Below, piece by piece: positions 16,137 to 24,580 of a stretch of DNA of 64,000 bases (position 1 is its first letter; every line of letters begins with the position of its first letter). The translations under genes and the position numbers were made by a program. The notes beneath the pieces were generated by a model that saw only the letters and a list, made by a program, of their open reading frames with translations, searched no databases and was not told the origin of the DNA. The stretch comes from Actinomycetota bacterium (GTDB lineage Bacteria; Actinomycetota; CADDZG01; WHSQ01), in contig DATADL010000250.1 of the NCBI GenBank assembly GCA_036258555.1, forward strand, positions 1,226-65,225. Reading direction: 5' to 3'.

Positions 16137-18845
16137 CTAGAGAGCGGGGACGGGCAGGCCCTTGTGCTCTAGCGGCTTGCGCCGCAGGGCCGGGCTCGAC
16201 GGGGGTGGCGACGGAGCGGCCAGGGCCGGCGGACGCTCGAAGGAAGGTCCGGCCGTCGCGTCCGACCCCGGCGCGAGCGGCGTCTGCATCAGCCCCTTTG
16301 CGGCTACCTCGAGAGAGAACATCAGCTCGATGGCCGCGGTCAGCTTCGTGTCCGGGTCGGTGTTGAACGCGTCGTGGAGGCTCGCCAGCAGGTCCCAGTA
16401 CATGGCGTTGAAACGCTGCGCCAGGTTGTAGACGTAGGAGCCCTCGACGAGCGCGGCCGTCGACGGGTTGTCGGCCATGGGCCACACGCCGTCGGGGTCG
16501 AAGTGGATCGGCGCCCCGCTGAAGTCGTAGCCCCCCGGCTTCACGACGAGCTCGCGTCCGCGGACGATCTCCTCGAACTTGTAGTAGTGCGCGAGCTCTC
16601 CCTCCGTGTCGTCCGGATCCGTAGCAGAGCTGCCCTCGCCCTGCTCGACGATCTCGTCGATCGCCTGGAACGCCGTCTCGAGGTCGTGGACGACGACGAT
16701 CTCGCCCGGCCCCCTCCACTTCGTCAGCTGGGGCGACTGGGCGACGAACAGGTCGCCTCGTCCCGCAAGGCGCTCGAACCCTCTGCGGATCTCGTCGTAG
16801 AACCAGCCGATCGTGAGCCGGTGGTGCTCGAGCGGGTCGATCGTCTCGTCCGGCTCCTCGATCGCCATGAAGACGTCGCGGATGTGCTCGATCGACGCCT
16901 TCTTCAGCGAGACGGTGAGGTGGGGACGGAGCCCGCCCGGCAGCCGCCCCGGGTACGAGGGGACGAAGTCGCGGTGGCCGATCGAGGGGCTCCCGCCGAT
17001 CGCGTTCAAGAGGTTGCACGCGAGGGCCATGTGGAGCATCTCCTCCACGACGACGCCCTGGATGATGCGGGCGACGCGGCGGTTGTGCCCGTCCTTGATC
17101 GAGAACAGCGACGTGAGGTACGTCGGGATCGTCGCGTGCTCGAGCTCGATCGCGTGCTGCAGCGCGCGCTTCAGGTCGTCGACCGTGTCGATCCGCATGT
17201 AGATCGGGTTGGCGAGCCACTGCTGGATCGCGGTCCGCTTCGCGGTCGAGAGGTCGCGCGTGACCGGCATGTAGTTGGGATGGGTCGCGGGAAGGCCGAA
17301 CACGACCTGCAAGGACAGCAGGTGCTCGAGGCAGCTCTCGTAGCTCGTCAGGTCGAGCACACGCGCCATCACGGGGTACAGCCGTGCGTACTGGTAGAAG
17401 ACCGGCTCGACGTGGTCGATCCACGTAGGTGCACCACCGGTGGCGAAGCCGCTCCACAACAGCACGCTGAGGACGTTCGTGGTCTCGGGCGCGAAGGCGC
17501 TCAGGTCCGCGCCCCGCCAGTCGTAACGCACGCCGTACACCTGGCCGTCGATGTACTTGCGCGGGTTCCCGGGGTCCGCCCCGACAAGCTCGACCTCCGC
17601 CGTCCCGTCCGGCCCCGTCGTCACGCTCGGGGGGAAGGCGACGGCGCCCGCGGGCTTGCCGACCTCGGGTCCCGGCACTGCCCCCTGCTGGACCTGTCCC
17701 TCCATCGCGGAGTTGTCCACGACGAGGTCGATCACCTGACCGGACGCGGGCGCGCCGAACGCGCGGGCGTACAGCGTCGTGGTCTGCGGCGCGCCCGGGT
17801 CGAGCCGGAAGACGAAGTCGTCGGCCTGCACCCAGGACCCGAGCGCGTCCTCTTCGAGGACGGGCTTCCCGCCCGACACGACCGCGAGACGCGTCGTCGT
17901 CGCGATCTGCAGCTGTTCCGCCGTCAGGCGGAACGCCTGGATGCCCGCGTCCTGATACCAGCTGCGGCGCAGGTAGTCGACGGTCCCGATCGGAACGGGG
18001 GGACCGTCCGTCGGGAGCAGCGCGACCTCGAGCAGGCCGACGTCCGCCTGGCTCCCGCCCGGTCCGGTCGTCGGGAGGCTGTTGGCGAGGTCGACGAACA
18101 GGACGCCGTCGGCGATGGTCGCAATCGCGAAGTTGAAGGGCGTCTTCGGACGGGGCCGCAGACGCCTGCCGGCGACGAAGTGGTGGGGCTCGCCGTCGAC
18201 GTACGGGCCGATCGCGCCGGAGACCCTCCCGAGCGTGAACGTGGACGAGGTCCGGTCGTCGTCGAAGCCGTCGACGGTGAACTTGATGCTCAGCGTGTCC
18301 GGCCGCCCGAGGGCGTCGAGGAAGCGCGACGAGATCGTCGCCGGCCACTGCACCGACTGCAGCACCGACTGGTACGTGGCGCTGAAGAACGAGTCGGGCT
18401 GCCCCGCGGGGAAGCGGGTCCAGATGTCACCGAAGGCCGCCGGCTCGAAGGCGCCCGAGAACCCGTTCCCGGCGGCGGCCGAGCCGACGACGACCTCGAG
18501 TCCCCAGATCTGGGAGACCATCTGCTGCTCGGGGTCGAGGTCCACGAGCTTTGCCGACACCTGGTCGTCGGCAGCCGCGAAGCCCGCTCCGACCAGGGGG
18601 TCCGATTGGGGGTCGTCGCAGTAGGACCCGTCGGCGTAGCAGACGCTGGTGACCGCGCAGTCGAAGAACCTCCACGCGCCCGTCCCCTGCGGGTTCCACC
18701 AGCCGTTCGTCGCGCCGGCGCCGGGCCGGTGCCACGACGGCACGTATCTCGCCACGTCGAAGTGGGACGGGTCGTTGTTCACGGTCGACATGTCCGCCTG
18801 GAAGCTGCCGAAGAAGTGCATGCGCGGCCAGCCGAGATACGCCAT
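16137..18845 (-). CDS. VioB/RebD/StaD-like large protein (902 aa): N-terminal ~530-aa domain plus a C-terminal ferritin-like domain
   Basis: The N-terminus GWPRMHFFGSFQADMSTVNNDP resembles my recollection of VioB (FPRIHFRG...TANRDP) and RebD (LPRLHFAG). The C-terminal half has IELEHATIPTYLTSLFSI and VEEMLHMALACNLLNAIGG. Confidence 0.8.
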   Translation of the reverse strand: MAYLGWPRMHFFGSFQADMSTVNNDPSHFDVARYVPSWHRPGAGATNGWWNPQGTGAWRFFDCAVTSVCYADGSYCDDPQSDPLVGAGFAAADDQVSAKLVDLDPEQQMVSQIWGLEVVVGSAAAGNGFSGAFEPAAFGDIWTRFPAGQPDSFFSATYQSVLQSVQWPATISSRFLDALGRPDTLSIKFTVDGFDDDRTSSTFTLGRVSGAIGPYVDGEPHHFVAGRRLRPRPKTPFNFAIATIADGVLFVDLANSLPTTGPGGSQADVGLLEVALLPTDGPPVPIGTVDYLRRSWYQDAGIQAFRLTAEQLQIATTTRLAVVSGGKPVLEEDALGSWVQADDFVFRLDPGAPQTTTLYARAFGAPASGQVIDLVVDNSAMEGQVQQGAVPGPEVGKPAGAVAFPPSVTTGPDGTAEVELVGADPGNPRKYIDGQVYGVRYDWRGADLSAFAPETTNVLSVLLWSGFATGGAPTWIDHVEPVFYQYARLYPVMARVLDLTSYESCLEHLLSLQVVFGLPATHPNYMPVTRDLSTAKRTAIQQWLANPIYMRIDTVDDLKRALQHAIELEHATIPTYLTSLFSIKDGHNRRVARIIQGVVVEEMLHMALACNLLNAIGGSPSIGHRDFVPSYPGRLPGGLRPHLTVSLKKASIEHIRDVFMAIEEPDETIDPLEHHRLTIGWFYDEIRRGFERLAGRGDLFVAQSPQLTKWRGPGEIVVVHDLETAFQAIDEIVEQGEGSSATDPDDTEGELAHYYKFEEIVRGRELVVKPGGYDFSGAPIHFDPDGVWPMADNPSTAALVEGSYVYNLAQRFNAMYWDLLASLHDAFNTDPDTKLTAAIELMFSLEVAAKGLMQTPLAPGSDATAGPSFERPPALAAPSPPPSSPALRRKPLEHKGLPVPAL

Positions 18846-18860
18846 CCCCCGTCCCCTTCC

Positions 18861-18882
18861 GTCACCCGTGTTAACGGGTGAC
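18861..18882. promoter_or_regulatory. Inverted repeat GTCACCCG-N6-CGGGTGAC, 16 nt upstream of the 902-aa gene start and downstream of glyA (operator, 5'-UTR hairpin or glyA terminator stem)
   Basis: 8-bp arms are perfectly complementary. Located in the 90-nt glyA/VioB-like intergenic region. Confidence 0.4.
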
Positions 18883-18935
18883 TTTACGCGAGCGCCCCCG
18901 AACCTTCAAAACGCGGCGCAAGGGCGCGGCGGGGC

Positions 18936-20204
18936 TCAGAGATGCGGGAGTGGGAAGCCGCGCGTGAGCTCGAGGACCTCGCCGCCGACGCTCGAGATCG
19001 TCTGCTCGTCGTCTCGCTCGACGGCCTGGACGACGCGGTCGATCCACGCCGCGATCGACTCCATCTCGGCCTCTTTCATCCCGCGCGTGGTCGCGGCCGC
19101 CGTTCCCAGCCGGAGACCGGACGGGTCGAACGGCTTGCGCGGGTCGAAGGGGACGGTGTTGTAGTTGGTCGTGAGGCGCGCGCGGTCGAGTGCCTGCGCG
19201 ACCGGCTTTCCGGGGACGCCCTTGTTCGTGAGGTCGACCAGGATCAGATGGTTGTCGGTGCCCCCCGACACGAGGTCGTAGCCGCGCTGGACCAGCCCCT
19301 CGGCGAGCGTTTGCGCGTTGCGCACGATCTGGTGCGCGTAGGCGCGGAAATCGGGCTGGGCCGCCTCGTGCAGCGCAACCGCGATCGCCGCGGTCGTGTG
19401 GTTGTGCGGTCCGCCCTGCAGCCCCGGGAAGACCGCACGGTCGATCGCCCGCGCGTGCTCCTCCCGGCACATCAACATCGCCCCCCGGGGGCCGCGCAGG
19501 GTCTTGTGGGTGGTAGTCGAGACGACGTCGGCGTGTCCGACCGGCGTGGGGTGGGCGCCTCCGGCGACGAGTCCGGCCACGTGCGCGATGTCGGCGACGA
19601 GGACGGCGTCGACCTCCGAGGCGACCTCGGCGAAGCCCGCGAAGTCGATCTGCCTCGGTATCGCCGTGCCCCCGCAGAAGATGACCTTCGGGCGTTCCCT
19701 CTTCGCGAGGTCGCGCACCTGGTCGAGGTCGGCGCGGCCGGTGTCCTTCCGGACGTCGTACGCGACGGAGCGGAACCACTTGCCGGTCACCGACACGTTC
19801 CAGCCGTGCGTCAGATGTCCCCCCATCGGAAGCGACATCCCCATCACGGCGTCGCCCGGCTCGAGGAACGCGAGGTAGATCGCGAGGTTCGCGGGAGACC
19901 CGGAGTACGGCTGGACGTTCGCGTGGTCGACGCCGAAGAGGCTCTTCGCGCGCTCGACCGCGAGCGTCTCGACCTCGTCCACGACCTGCTGGCCCTCGTA
20001 GTAGCGCTTGCGCGCGTATCCCTCGGAGTACTTGTTCGTTAGGACGGAGGAATACGCGTCGAGGACCGCGCGCGAGACGTGGTTCTCGGAGGCGATGAGG
20101 CAGATGGTCTCGGACTGCCGGGTGATCTCGCCGCGCAGCAGGTCGGCGACGGCGGGATCGGACTCTGCCACGACCTCGTGGGCCGTCGTCGTTTCGACGT
20201 TCAT
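18936..20204 (-). CDS. glyA: Serine hydroxymethyltransferase
   Basis: LIASENHVS, NKYSEGY, YYEG, VQPYSGSPAN, GGHLTHG and TTHKTLRGPRG are all canonical SHMT motifs. Confidence 0.95.
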   Translation of the reverse strand: MNVETTTAHEVVAESDPAVADLLRGEITRQSETICLIASENHVSRAVLDAYSSVLTNKYSEGYARKRYYEGQQVVDEVETLAVERAKSLFGVDHANVQPYSGSPANLAIYLAFLEPGDAVMGMSLPMGGHLTHGWNVSVTGKWFRSVAYDVRKDTGRADLDQVRDLAKRERPKVIFCGGTAIPRQIDFAGFAEVASEVDAVLVADIAHVAGLVAGGAHPTPVGHADVVSTTTHKTLRGPRGAMLMCREEHARAIDRAVFPGLQGGPHNHTTAAIAVALHEAAQPDFRAYAHQIVRNAQTLAEGLVQRGYDLVSGGTDNHLILVDLTNKGVPGKPVAQALDRARLTTNYNTVPFDPRKPFDPSGLRLGTAAATTRGMKEAEMESIAAWIDRVVQAVERDDEQTISSVGGEVLELTRGFPLPHL

Positions 20205-20358
20205 GCCTCTCGCCTCCAGACAGCATGGCGGCCGGCCTGAACGACGCGCTCGGGGGCCGCGGGGAAGACCTCAGGGACTGCTCGGAGGCTAGCACCCAGC
20301 TCTGCTGTCACACTCGGATGCGCCGCGCCGCCCACCGCCGGTCCACGAGGAGGTATCC

Positions 20359-20748
20359 GTGCCCCCGCAGATCAGATTCGACCACTGTGTCGTCCACGTC
20401 TCCGACTGGGAGCGCTCGAACGCGTTCTACCGCGACGTCGTCGGGGCCGAGGTCGTCGAGACGCCCGGCGGGCAGTGGGCATACCGCTTCGGCGAGCAGC
20501 AGCTGAACCTCCACGGGCCCGGCATCGACGTCGGCTCGAACGTCGCACGCATCCCGGTCGCCCCGGGCAACAGCGACCTCTGCTTCGTGTGGGCGGGTCC
20601 GATCGAGGGCGCAGCCGCGCACCTGCGGGAGCACGGCGTCGAGGTCGAGACGGGCCCGGTCGAGCGCTTCGGCGCCGGCGGGACCGGGACGAGCGTGTAC
20701 TTCCGCGACCCCGACGGAAGCCTGCTGGAGTTCATCTCCTACGACTGA
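20359..20748 (+). CDS. VOC (glyoxalase/bleomycin-resistance/dioxygenase) family protein
   Basis: 129 aa. FDHCVVHVSD...YFRDPDGSLLEF is the typical VOC-fold pattern. Confidence 0.8.
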   Translation: MPPQIRFDHCVVHVSDWERSNAFYRDVVGAEVVETPGGQWAYRFGEQQLNLHGPGIDVGSNVARIPVAPGNSDLCFVWAGPIEGAAAHLREHGVEVETGPVERFGAGGTGTSVYFRDPDGSLLEFISYD

Positions 20749-21194
20749 GGGGGATTCCGGGTCTCGAGGATCTTCTTCAGCGACTTCAGGTCGACCTCGT
20801 TCGCGCGGCGCATGGCCCGCGCCATCAGCGGGGCGGCCACGCTGCCGAATCCCGAGGGCCGGCCCCGGTTGCGCAGCGTCATCCGCGTGCCGCCCGACGG
20901 CTCGTCCGACCACGCATACGTCGTCTCCATCGGGAACGGACCCTCCGAGGTCGCCATCACGAAGCGCTCGCCCGGGACCCACTCCTTCACCTCGTAGGTG
21001 TACGCGATCGTGCGGCCCAGAAAACGGGCCACGAACGCGACCCGTGTCCCGACCCCCAACGGCTTCGGCGACCGCCACTCGACGCTCCGGATGTTCCGGT
21101 ACCACGCGGTCGCGTTGTCGGGATCGGAGGCGTAGGCCGCGACGCCGGCGCGCGGGCGCTCGATCACGACCTCGGTGAGGACGTCGACGTCCAT
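20739..21194 (-). CDS. SRPBCC (polyketide cyclase/dehydrase-like) family protein
   Basis: ATG at 21194; the upstream part of track ORF 20739..21548 is a shadow frame. The 151-aa size and sequence are typical of SRPBCC ligand-binding proteins. Confidence 0.7.
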   Translation of the reverse strand: MDVDVLTEVVIERPRAGVAAYASDPDNATAWYRNIRSVEWRSPKPLGVGTRVAFVARFLGRTIAYTYEVKEWVPGERFVMATSEGPFPMETTYAWSDEPSGGTRMTLRNRGRPSGFGSVAAPLMARAMRRANEVDLKSLKKILETRNPPQS

Positions 21195-21196
21195 CG

Positions 21197-21634
21197 TCAC
21201 CCACCCGGGGCGTTCGGCCCGGGATCGCGTCCGTCCGCAACCGCTGCGAGACGCGAGGCGTAGTGCTCCCACCCGTAGCGGTGGACCTCGACCTGCTCGT
21301 CGGGCAGCCCCTTGTGCGTGAGACGGACGAGCGTCCCGTCCCCGTCCGGGAAGAGCTCGATCACCACCGTCGTGGAGCCGGGCGCGACCGGCGGCCCCTC
21401 CTCCCATCCCCACGTGAACGCCACCCGGCGGTTCTCGACGACCTCTACGACACGGCCCGACGCGAAGCCGTCGCCGGTGACGTTGACACGCCACGTCCCG
21501 CCCTCGACGAGCTCGATCTCGGCGTCTGTCCCCTGCCACCGCATCCATCGCTCGGCGTCGGCGAAGTACGAGAACACGGTCGCGGGCGGGGCCCCTACGC
21601 GTCGCTCGACGACGAGGTCCTCGCCGACGGTCAT
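21197..21634 (-). CDS. SRPBCC/Aha1-domain (AHSA1-like) protein
   Basis: ATG at 21634 overlaps the ArsR stop (ATGA). Contains VF..F.D.E....W and TLV.LTH.G patterns typical of the Aha1-like START fold. Confidence 0.75.
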   Translation of the reverse strand: MTVGEDLVVERRVGAPPATVFSYFADAERWMRWQGTDAEIELVEGGTWRVNVTGDGFASGRVVEVVENRRVAFTWGWEEGPPVAPGSTTVVIELFPDGDGTLVRLTHKGLPDEQVEVHRYGWEHYASRLAAVADGRDPGPNAPGG

Positions 21635-21942
21635 CGCCTCGTCTCCTCCTCGGCCAGCTGCGCGAGCCTGTCGAGCGAACCGGTCCACATCTTCTCGAGC
21701 ACCGTACGCAGGGGGCCGAGGGCGTCGGGGTCGGCCCTGTAGAGGCGCGTCCTGCCCTCGCGCCGGACCGAGACGAAGCCCGCGTCCCGCAGGACGGCGA
21801 GGTGCTGCGATACCGCCGGGAAGCTGACGTCGAAGCGGCTCGCGATGTCGCCCGCGGGAAGCTCTCGGTCCCACACGAGGCGGAGTATGGCGCGCCGCCG
21901 GGGCTCGGCCACGACCTGCAGGGGATCCACCTTTGACGTCAC
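21631..21942 (-). CDS. ArsR/SmtB-family winged-helix transcriptional regulator
   Basis: AEPRRRAILRLV...GDIASRFDVSFPAVSQHLAVLRDAGFV is a canonical ArsR HTH. The GTG start at 21942 was chosen by frame and position. Confidence 0.8.
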   Translation of the reverse strand: MTSKVDPLQVVAEPRRRAILRLVWDRELPAGDIASRFDVSFPAVSQHLAVLRDAGFVSVRREGRTRLYRADPDALGPLRTVLEKMWTGSLDRLAQLAEEETRR

Positions 21943-21958
21943 TCTCCGCTCGTGATAT

Positions 21959-21974
21959 TTAAGTCTCACCTTAA
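21959..21974. promoter_or_regulatory. AT-rich divergent promoter/operator with inverted repeat TTAAG-N6-CTTAA, between arsR-like and the SRPBCC gene
   Basis: A locally AT-rich island (gatatttaagtctcaccttaatcgaat) in a very GC-rich background. Short imperfect dyad. Confidence 0.4.
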
Positions 21975-21990
21975 TCGAATGGAGGCTCTC

Positions 21991-22419
21991 GTGCCAACGA
22001 TCCTGCTGCGCATGCCCGTCGAGGCCGAACCGAAGGCGATCTACGAGGCGGTGGCCACTGCCGACGGCGTCACCGGGTGGTGGAGCAACCACACCGAAGG
22101 TCCTGCGGGAGTCGGCTCGACGATGAAGGTCGCGTTCCCCGACGCCCCGATGACGTTCGACTTCGACGTCACCGAGGACGTGCCGGGCGAACGCGTCGCC
22201 TGGCGCTGCCTCGCCGGCCCGCCGGAATGGGTGGGGACCGACGTGCGGTTCGACGTCGAGACCGACCGGGACGGGGGCACGAGCGTGCTGTTCGCGCACG
22301 ACGGCTGGGCCACGACCGACGAGTCCTTCCCGTTCATCGCGTACTCGTGGGCGCAGATCCTCCCGCGCCTCAAGAAGCTCTCCGAGACGGGCGAACGCGA
22401 CCCCTTCTTCAGCTTCTAG
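21991..22419 (+). CDS. SRPBCC/Aha1-like family protein
   Basis: The GTG at 21991 is preceded by GGAGG (an alternative ATG lies at 21979). The sequence is typical of START-fold proteins adjacent to ArsR. Confidence 0.7.
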   Translation: MPTILLRMPVEAEPKAIYEAVATADGVTGWWSNHTEGPAGVGSTMKVAFPDAPMTFDFDVTEDVPGERVAWRCLAGPPEWVGTDVRFDVETDRDGGTSVLFAHDGWATTDESFPFIAYSWAQILPRLKKLSETGERDPFFSF

Positions 22420-23053
22420 AAGGGCGCTCGAAGGCGCGGCGCTCGGCCTCGACCTCGTCGCGCAGGTCGCACGCGTCGAGGTGGTCGTTCACGAGGCCCA
22501 TCGCCTCCATGAACGCGTACACGGTCGTGGGCCCGACGAACGACCACCCGCGGCGCTTGAGGTCTTTGCTCATCGCGGTCGACTCCGCGCTCGTCGGGTT
22601 CGCCGCGAGCGTGGGCCAGTCGAGCCGGGAAGGTCGCGCGGCCGCGTCTGGCTCGTACGACCACACGTAGGCGGCGAGGCTGCCGAACTCCTCGACCAGC
22701 TCGAGACACCGCCGCGCGTTGTTGATCGTCGACTCGATCTTGCCGCGGTGGCGGACGATCGACGCGTCGCCGAGAAGGCGGTCGACGCTGCGGACGTTGA
22801 AGCGCGCGACCCTGGCGAAGTCGAACGAGGCGAAGGCGCGGCGGAAGCCCTCCCTCTTGCGAAGGATCGTCAACCAGCTGAGGCCGGACTGGAACCCCTC
22901 GAGGCAGAGCTTCTCGAAGAGCCTGCGGTCGTCCCGAAGTGGCCTGCCCCACTCGCGGTCGTGGTACCGGACGTACAGCGGGTCGGTGCCGCACCACCAG
23001 CAGCGCGTGACGCCGTCGTCGCCGGCGAGGACGCCCGAGTCGGGGACCTTCAC
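22409..23053 (-). CDS. tag: DNA-3-methyladenine glycosylase I
   Basis: RCWW...DPLYVRYHDREWG.P..DDR.LFE.L.LEGFQSGLSW.TIL.KRE.FR.AF is a canonical Tag sequence. The GTG at 23053 overlaps the upstream stop. Confidence 0.9.
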   Translation of the reverse strand: MKVPDSGVLAGDDGVTRCWWCGTDPLYVRYHDREWGRPLRDDRRLFEKLCLEGFQSGLSWLTILRKREGFRRAFASFDFARVARFNVRSVDRLLGDASIVRHRGKIESTINNARRCLELVEEFGSLAAYVWSYEPDAAARPSRLDWPTLAANPTSAESTAMSKDLKRRGWSFVGPTTVYAFMEAMGLVNDHLDACDLRDEVEAERRAFERPSRS

Positions 23054-23616
23054 GGCGCAGTCTTCCGGCGCCGTCCGGCGTAGTGGCGCGCGACGCGCGC
23101 CCGGGTCCCGCACTGCGTCGAGCACCATCTCTGTGACGGCCGGGTGCTCAGGTAGAACATCCCGCACGACGGCGCCGGGCAGCGGCGCAACCTCTCCGAC
23201 TCGTCCGCGACGAGCTCCATGGCCGAACGCGCATAGCGCGCGAGGACCCTCTCGAGACCTCCGGCCGTCGTGACCGGGCGCAACGCCGCCTCCGCCGGAT
23301 CGATCTCGAGCCACTCGGGCGCGCCGCGGCTCACCCGGTTGAGCTCGGCGAGGAGCCGGCGGGGGGGCCTCTCCCCCGCGGCGACGGTCCCGAGGACCTC
23401 CCTCACTACGGCGCGGAGATCCATGAGCTCTCTGCGGCCCTTGCACAGGACCGCGAAGGACCCCTCCGGGAGGAGCTCCGCCTCGAGCCGGGCCCAGCGC
23501 GCGTACTCCCCTTCCGGCGCGAGGAGGTCGTGCTCCTCACCGTCGACGATCGTGACGGTGTCGGCCAGGTCCAGGGCGGGTCCCTGGCCCAGCCACTCCC
23601 ACGTCACGCGCAGCAC
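23050..23616 (-). CDS. CGNR zinc-finger domain protein (ABATE-like N-terminal domain)
   Basis: The C-terminal RRCPAPSCGMFYLSTRPSQRWCSTQCGTRARVARHY matches the CGNR zinc-finger pattern. Confidence 0.8.
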   Translation of the reverse strand: MLRVTWEWLGQGPALDLADTVTIVDGEEHDLLAPEGEYARWARLEAELLPEGSFAVLCKGRRELMDLRAVVREVLGTVAAGERPPRRLLAELNRVSRGAPEWLEIDPAEAALRPVTTAGGLERVLARYARSAMELVADESERLRRCPAPSCGMFYLSTRPSQRWCSTQCGTRARVARHYAGRRRKTAP

Positions 23617-23640
23617 GCGTTCCCTTGCTCCTCTCGACCT

Positions 23641-23674
23641 GACTAACGGGTATTAGCGGACTATCGCGTTAGTC
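23641..23674. promoter_or_regulatory. Inverted repeat GACTAACG-N18-CGTTAGTC in the lower-GC region upstream of the CGNR-tag operon
   Basis: 8-bp arms are exact reverse complements. Sits 25-58 nt upstream of the start at 23616. Confidence 0.35.
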
Positions 23675-23758
23675 GCTGCGGCCTGTCAAGAAACGACGAC
23701 GGTCGCCGTCGGGCCCGCGTTGCAGGACCGCGGCCCCCGCCGCCTAACCACCCGTCCC

Positions 23759-24577
23759 ATGAAGAGACTCTGCGCCGTCCTCGCCCTCGCCTGTGTCGCC
23801 CTCGCCGGGCTCCCCGGCACCGCCCTCGCCGACCACGACGACGGCATCTACGAGATCCCGACGAGGGACTTCTGGGACAAGACCAAGCTCACGGTCCTCG
23901 TCGTCCCGCCCGAGCACGGCCAGCTCTACAACGCCTACGGCCCCCTCGCCGGCGGGAACCCCGAGGAGGTCACCCCGTTCGAGAACAGCTACATCCGTGC
24001 GATGGAGGACTCGATCGAGGAGTGGCGCAACGGCGTGAGGAAGTTCGGGTCGGCGCTCCTCCGGAAGAAGCTGAAGTTCCCGACCTACGTCCTCGGCCGC
24101 GACGACGTGCCGCCGGAGGTCCTGCAGAACCCCGACATCCTCGTCGTGACCGACGAGAACAAGGGGCCCGTCCTCGGGTTCGCCTATTACAGCAAGCCGT
24201 GCATCGTGAACAACTCGCGCATGTTCACGCGGAGCTTCACCTACGCCGACATGTTCAACGTCATGGGCCAGGAGTTCGGCCACTGCCTCGGGCTCGGCCA
24301 CGTCGGCAGCCAGGGCGGCGTCGAGCCGACCTCGTCCCAGAAGCACCCCGAGCACGACGTCATGAACGGGTTCTACGCGGACCCGATCGGCGGCGAGGGC
24401 GTCCACCTCCACTGCGTGAGCACCCTCGACGTGGCGGCGCTCGACTGGACGTTCAAGAAGGCGTCGGGCAGCGACAAGAACAAGACGATCTACATGCTGG
24501 TCGACGACTACGAGACCACCTGCGGCGGCGACGGTCGCGTGTCCCCGCAGGACAGGTCGGAGCGCTTCGTCTTCTAG
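23759..24577 (+). CDS. Secreted metzincin-like protein with a degenerate zinc motif (QEFGHCLGLGH)
   Basis: Signal peptide MKRLCAVLALACVALAGLPGTALA. The motif matches HExxHxxGxxH except that the first His is Gln. Confidence 0.7.
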   Translation: MKRLCAVLALACVALAGLPGTALADHDDGIYEIPTRDFWDKTKLTVLVVPPEHGQLYNAYGPLAGGNPEEVTPFENSYIRAMEDSIEEWRNGVRKFGSALLRKKLKFPTYVLGRDDVPPEVLQNPDILVVTDENKGPVLGFAYYSKPCIVNNSRMFTRSFTYADMFNVMGQEFGHCLGLGHVGSQGGVEPTSSQKHPEHDVMNGFYADPIGGEGVHLHCVSTLDVAALDWTFKKASGSDKNKTIYMLVDDYETTCGGDGRVSPQDRSERFVF

Positions 24578-24580
24578 CTC

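Noticed and set aside
16117-18348. N-terminal 743 codons of the 1203-aa track ORF 14737..18348
   Set aside because: This is a shadow frame overlapping the 902-aa VioB-like gene. Coding-like sequence with an RBS begins only at the ATG at 16116.
16374-18881. 835-aa plus-strand ORF
   Set aside because: It is antisense to the motif-bearing 902-aa gene, and its translation is Arg/Asp/Val/Glu low complexity.
20205-20330. Possible ZTP (pfl) or other folate-related riboswitch in the ~115-nt glyA leader
   Set aside because: I wrote out the reverse complement. I could not find the conserved ZTP elements (GGGUCGUG...CCGGGC and the 3' CCGCCUGGGC pseudoknot partner) or any other recognisable riboswitch core. 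A covariance-model scan would be decisive.
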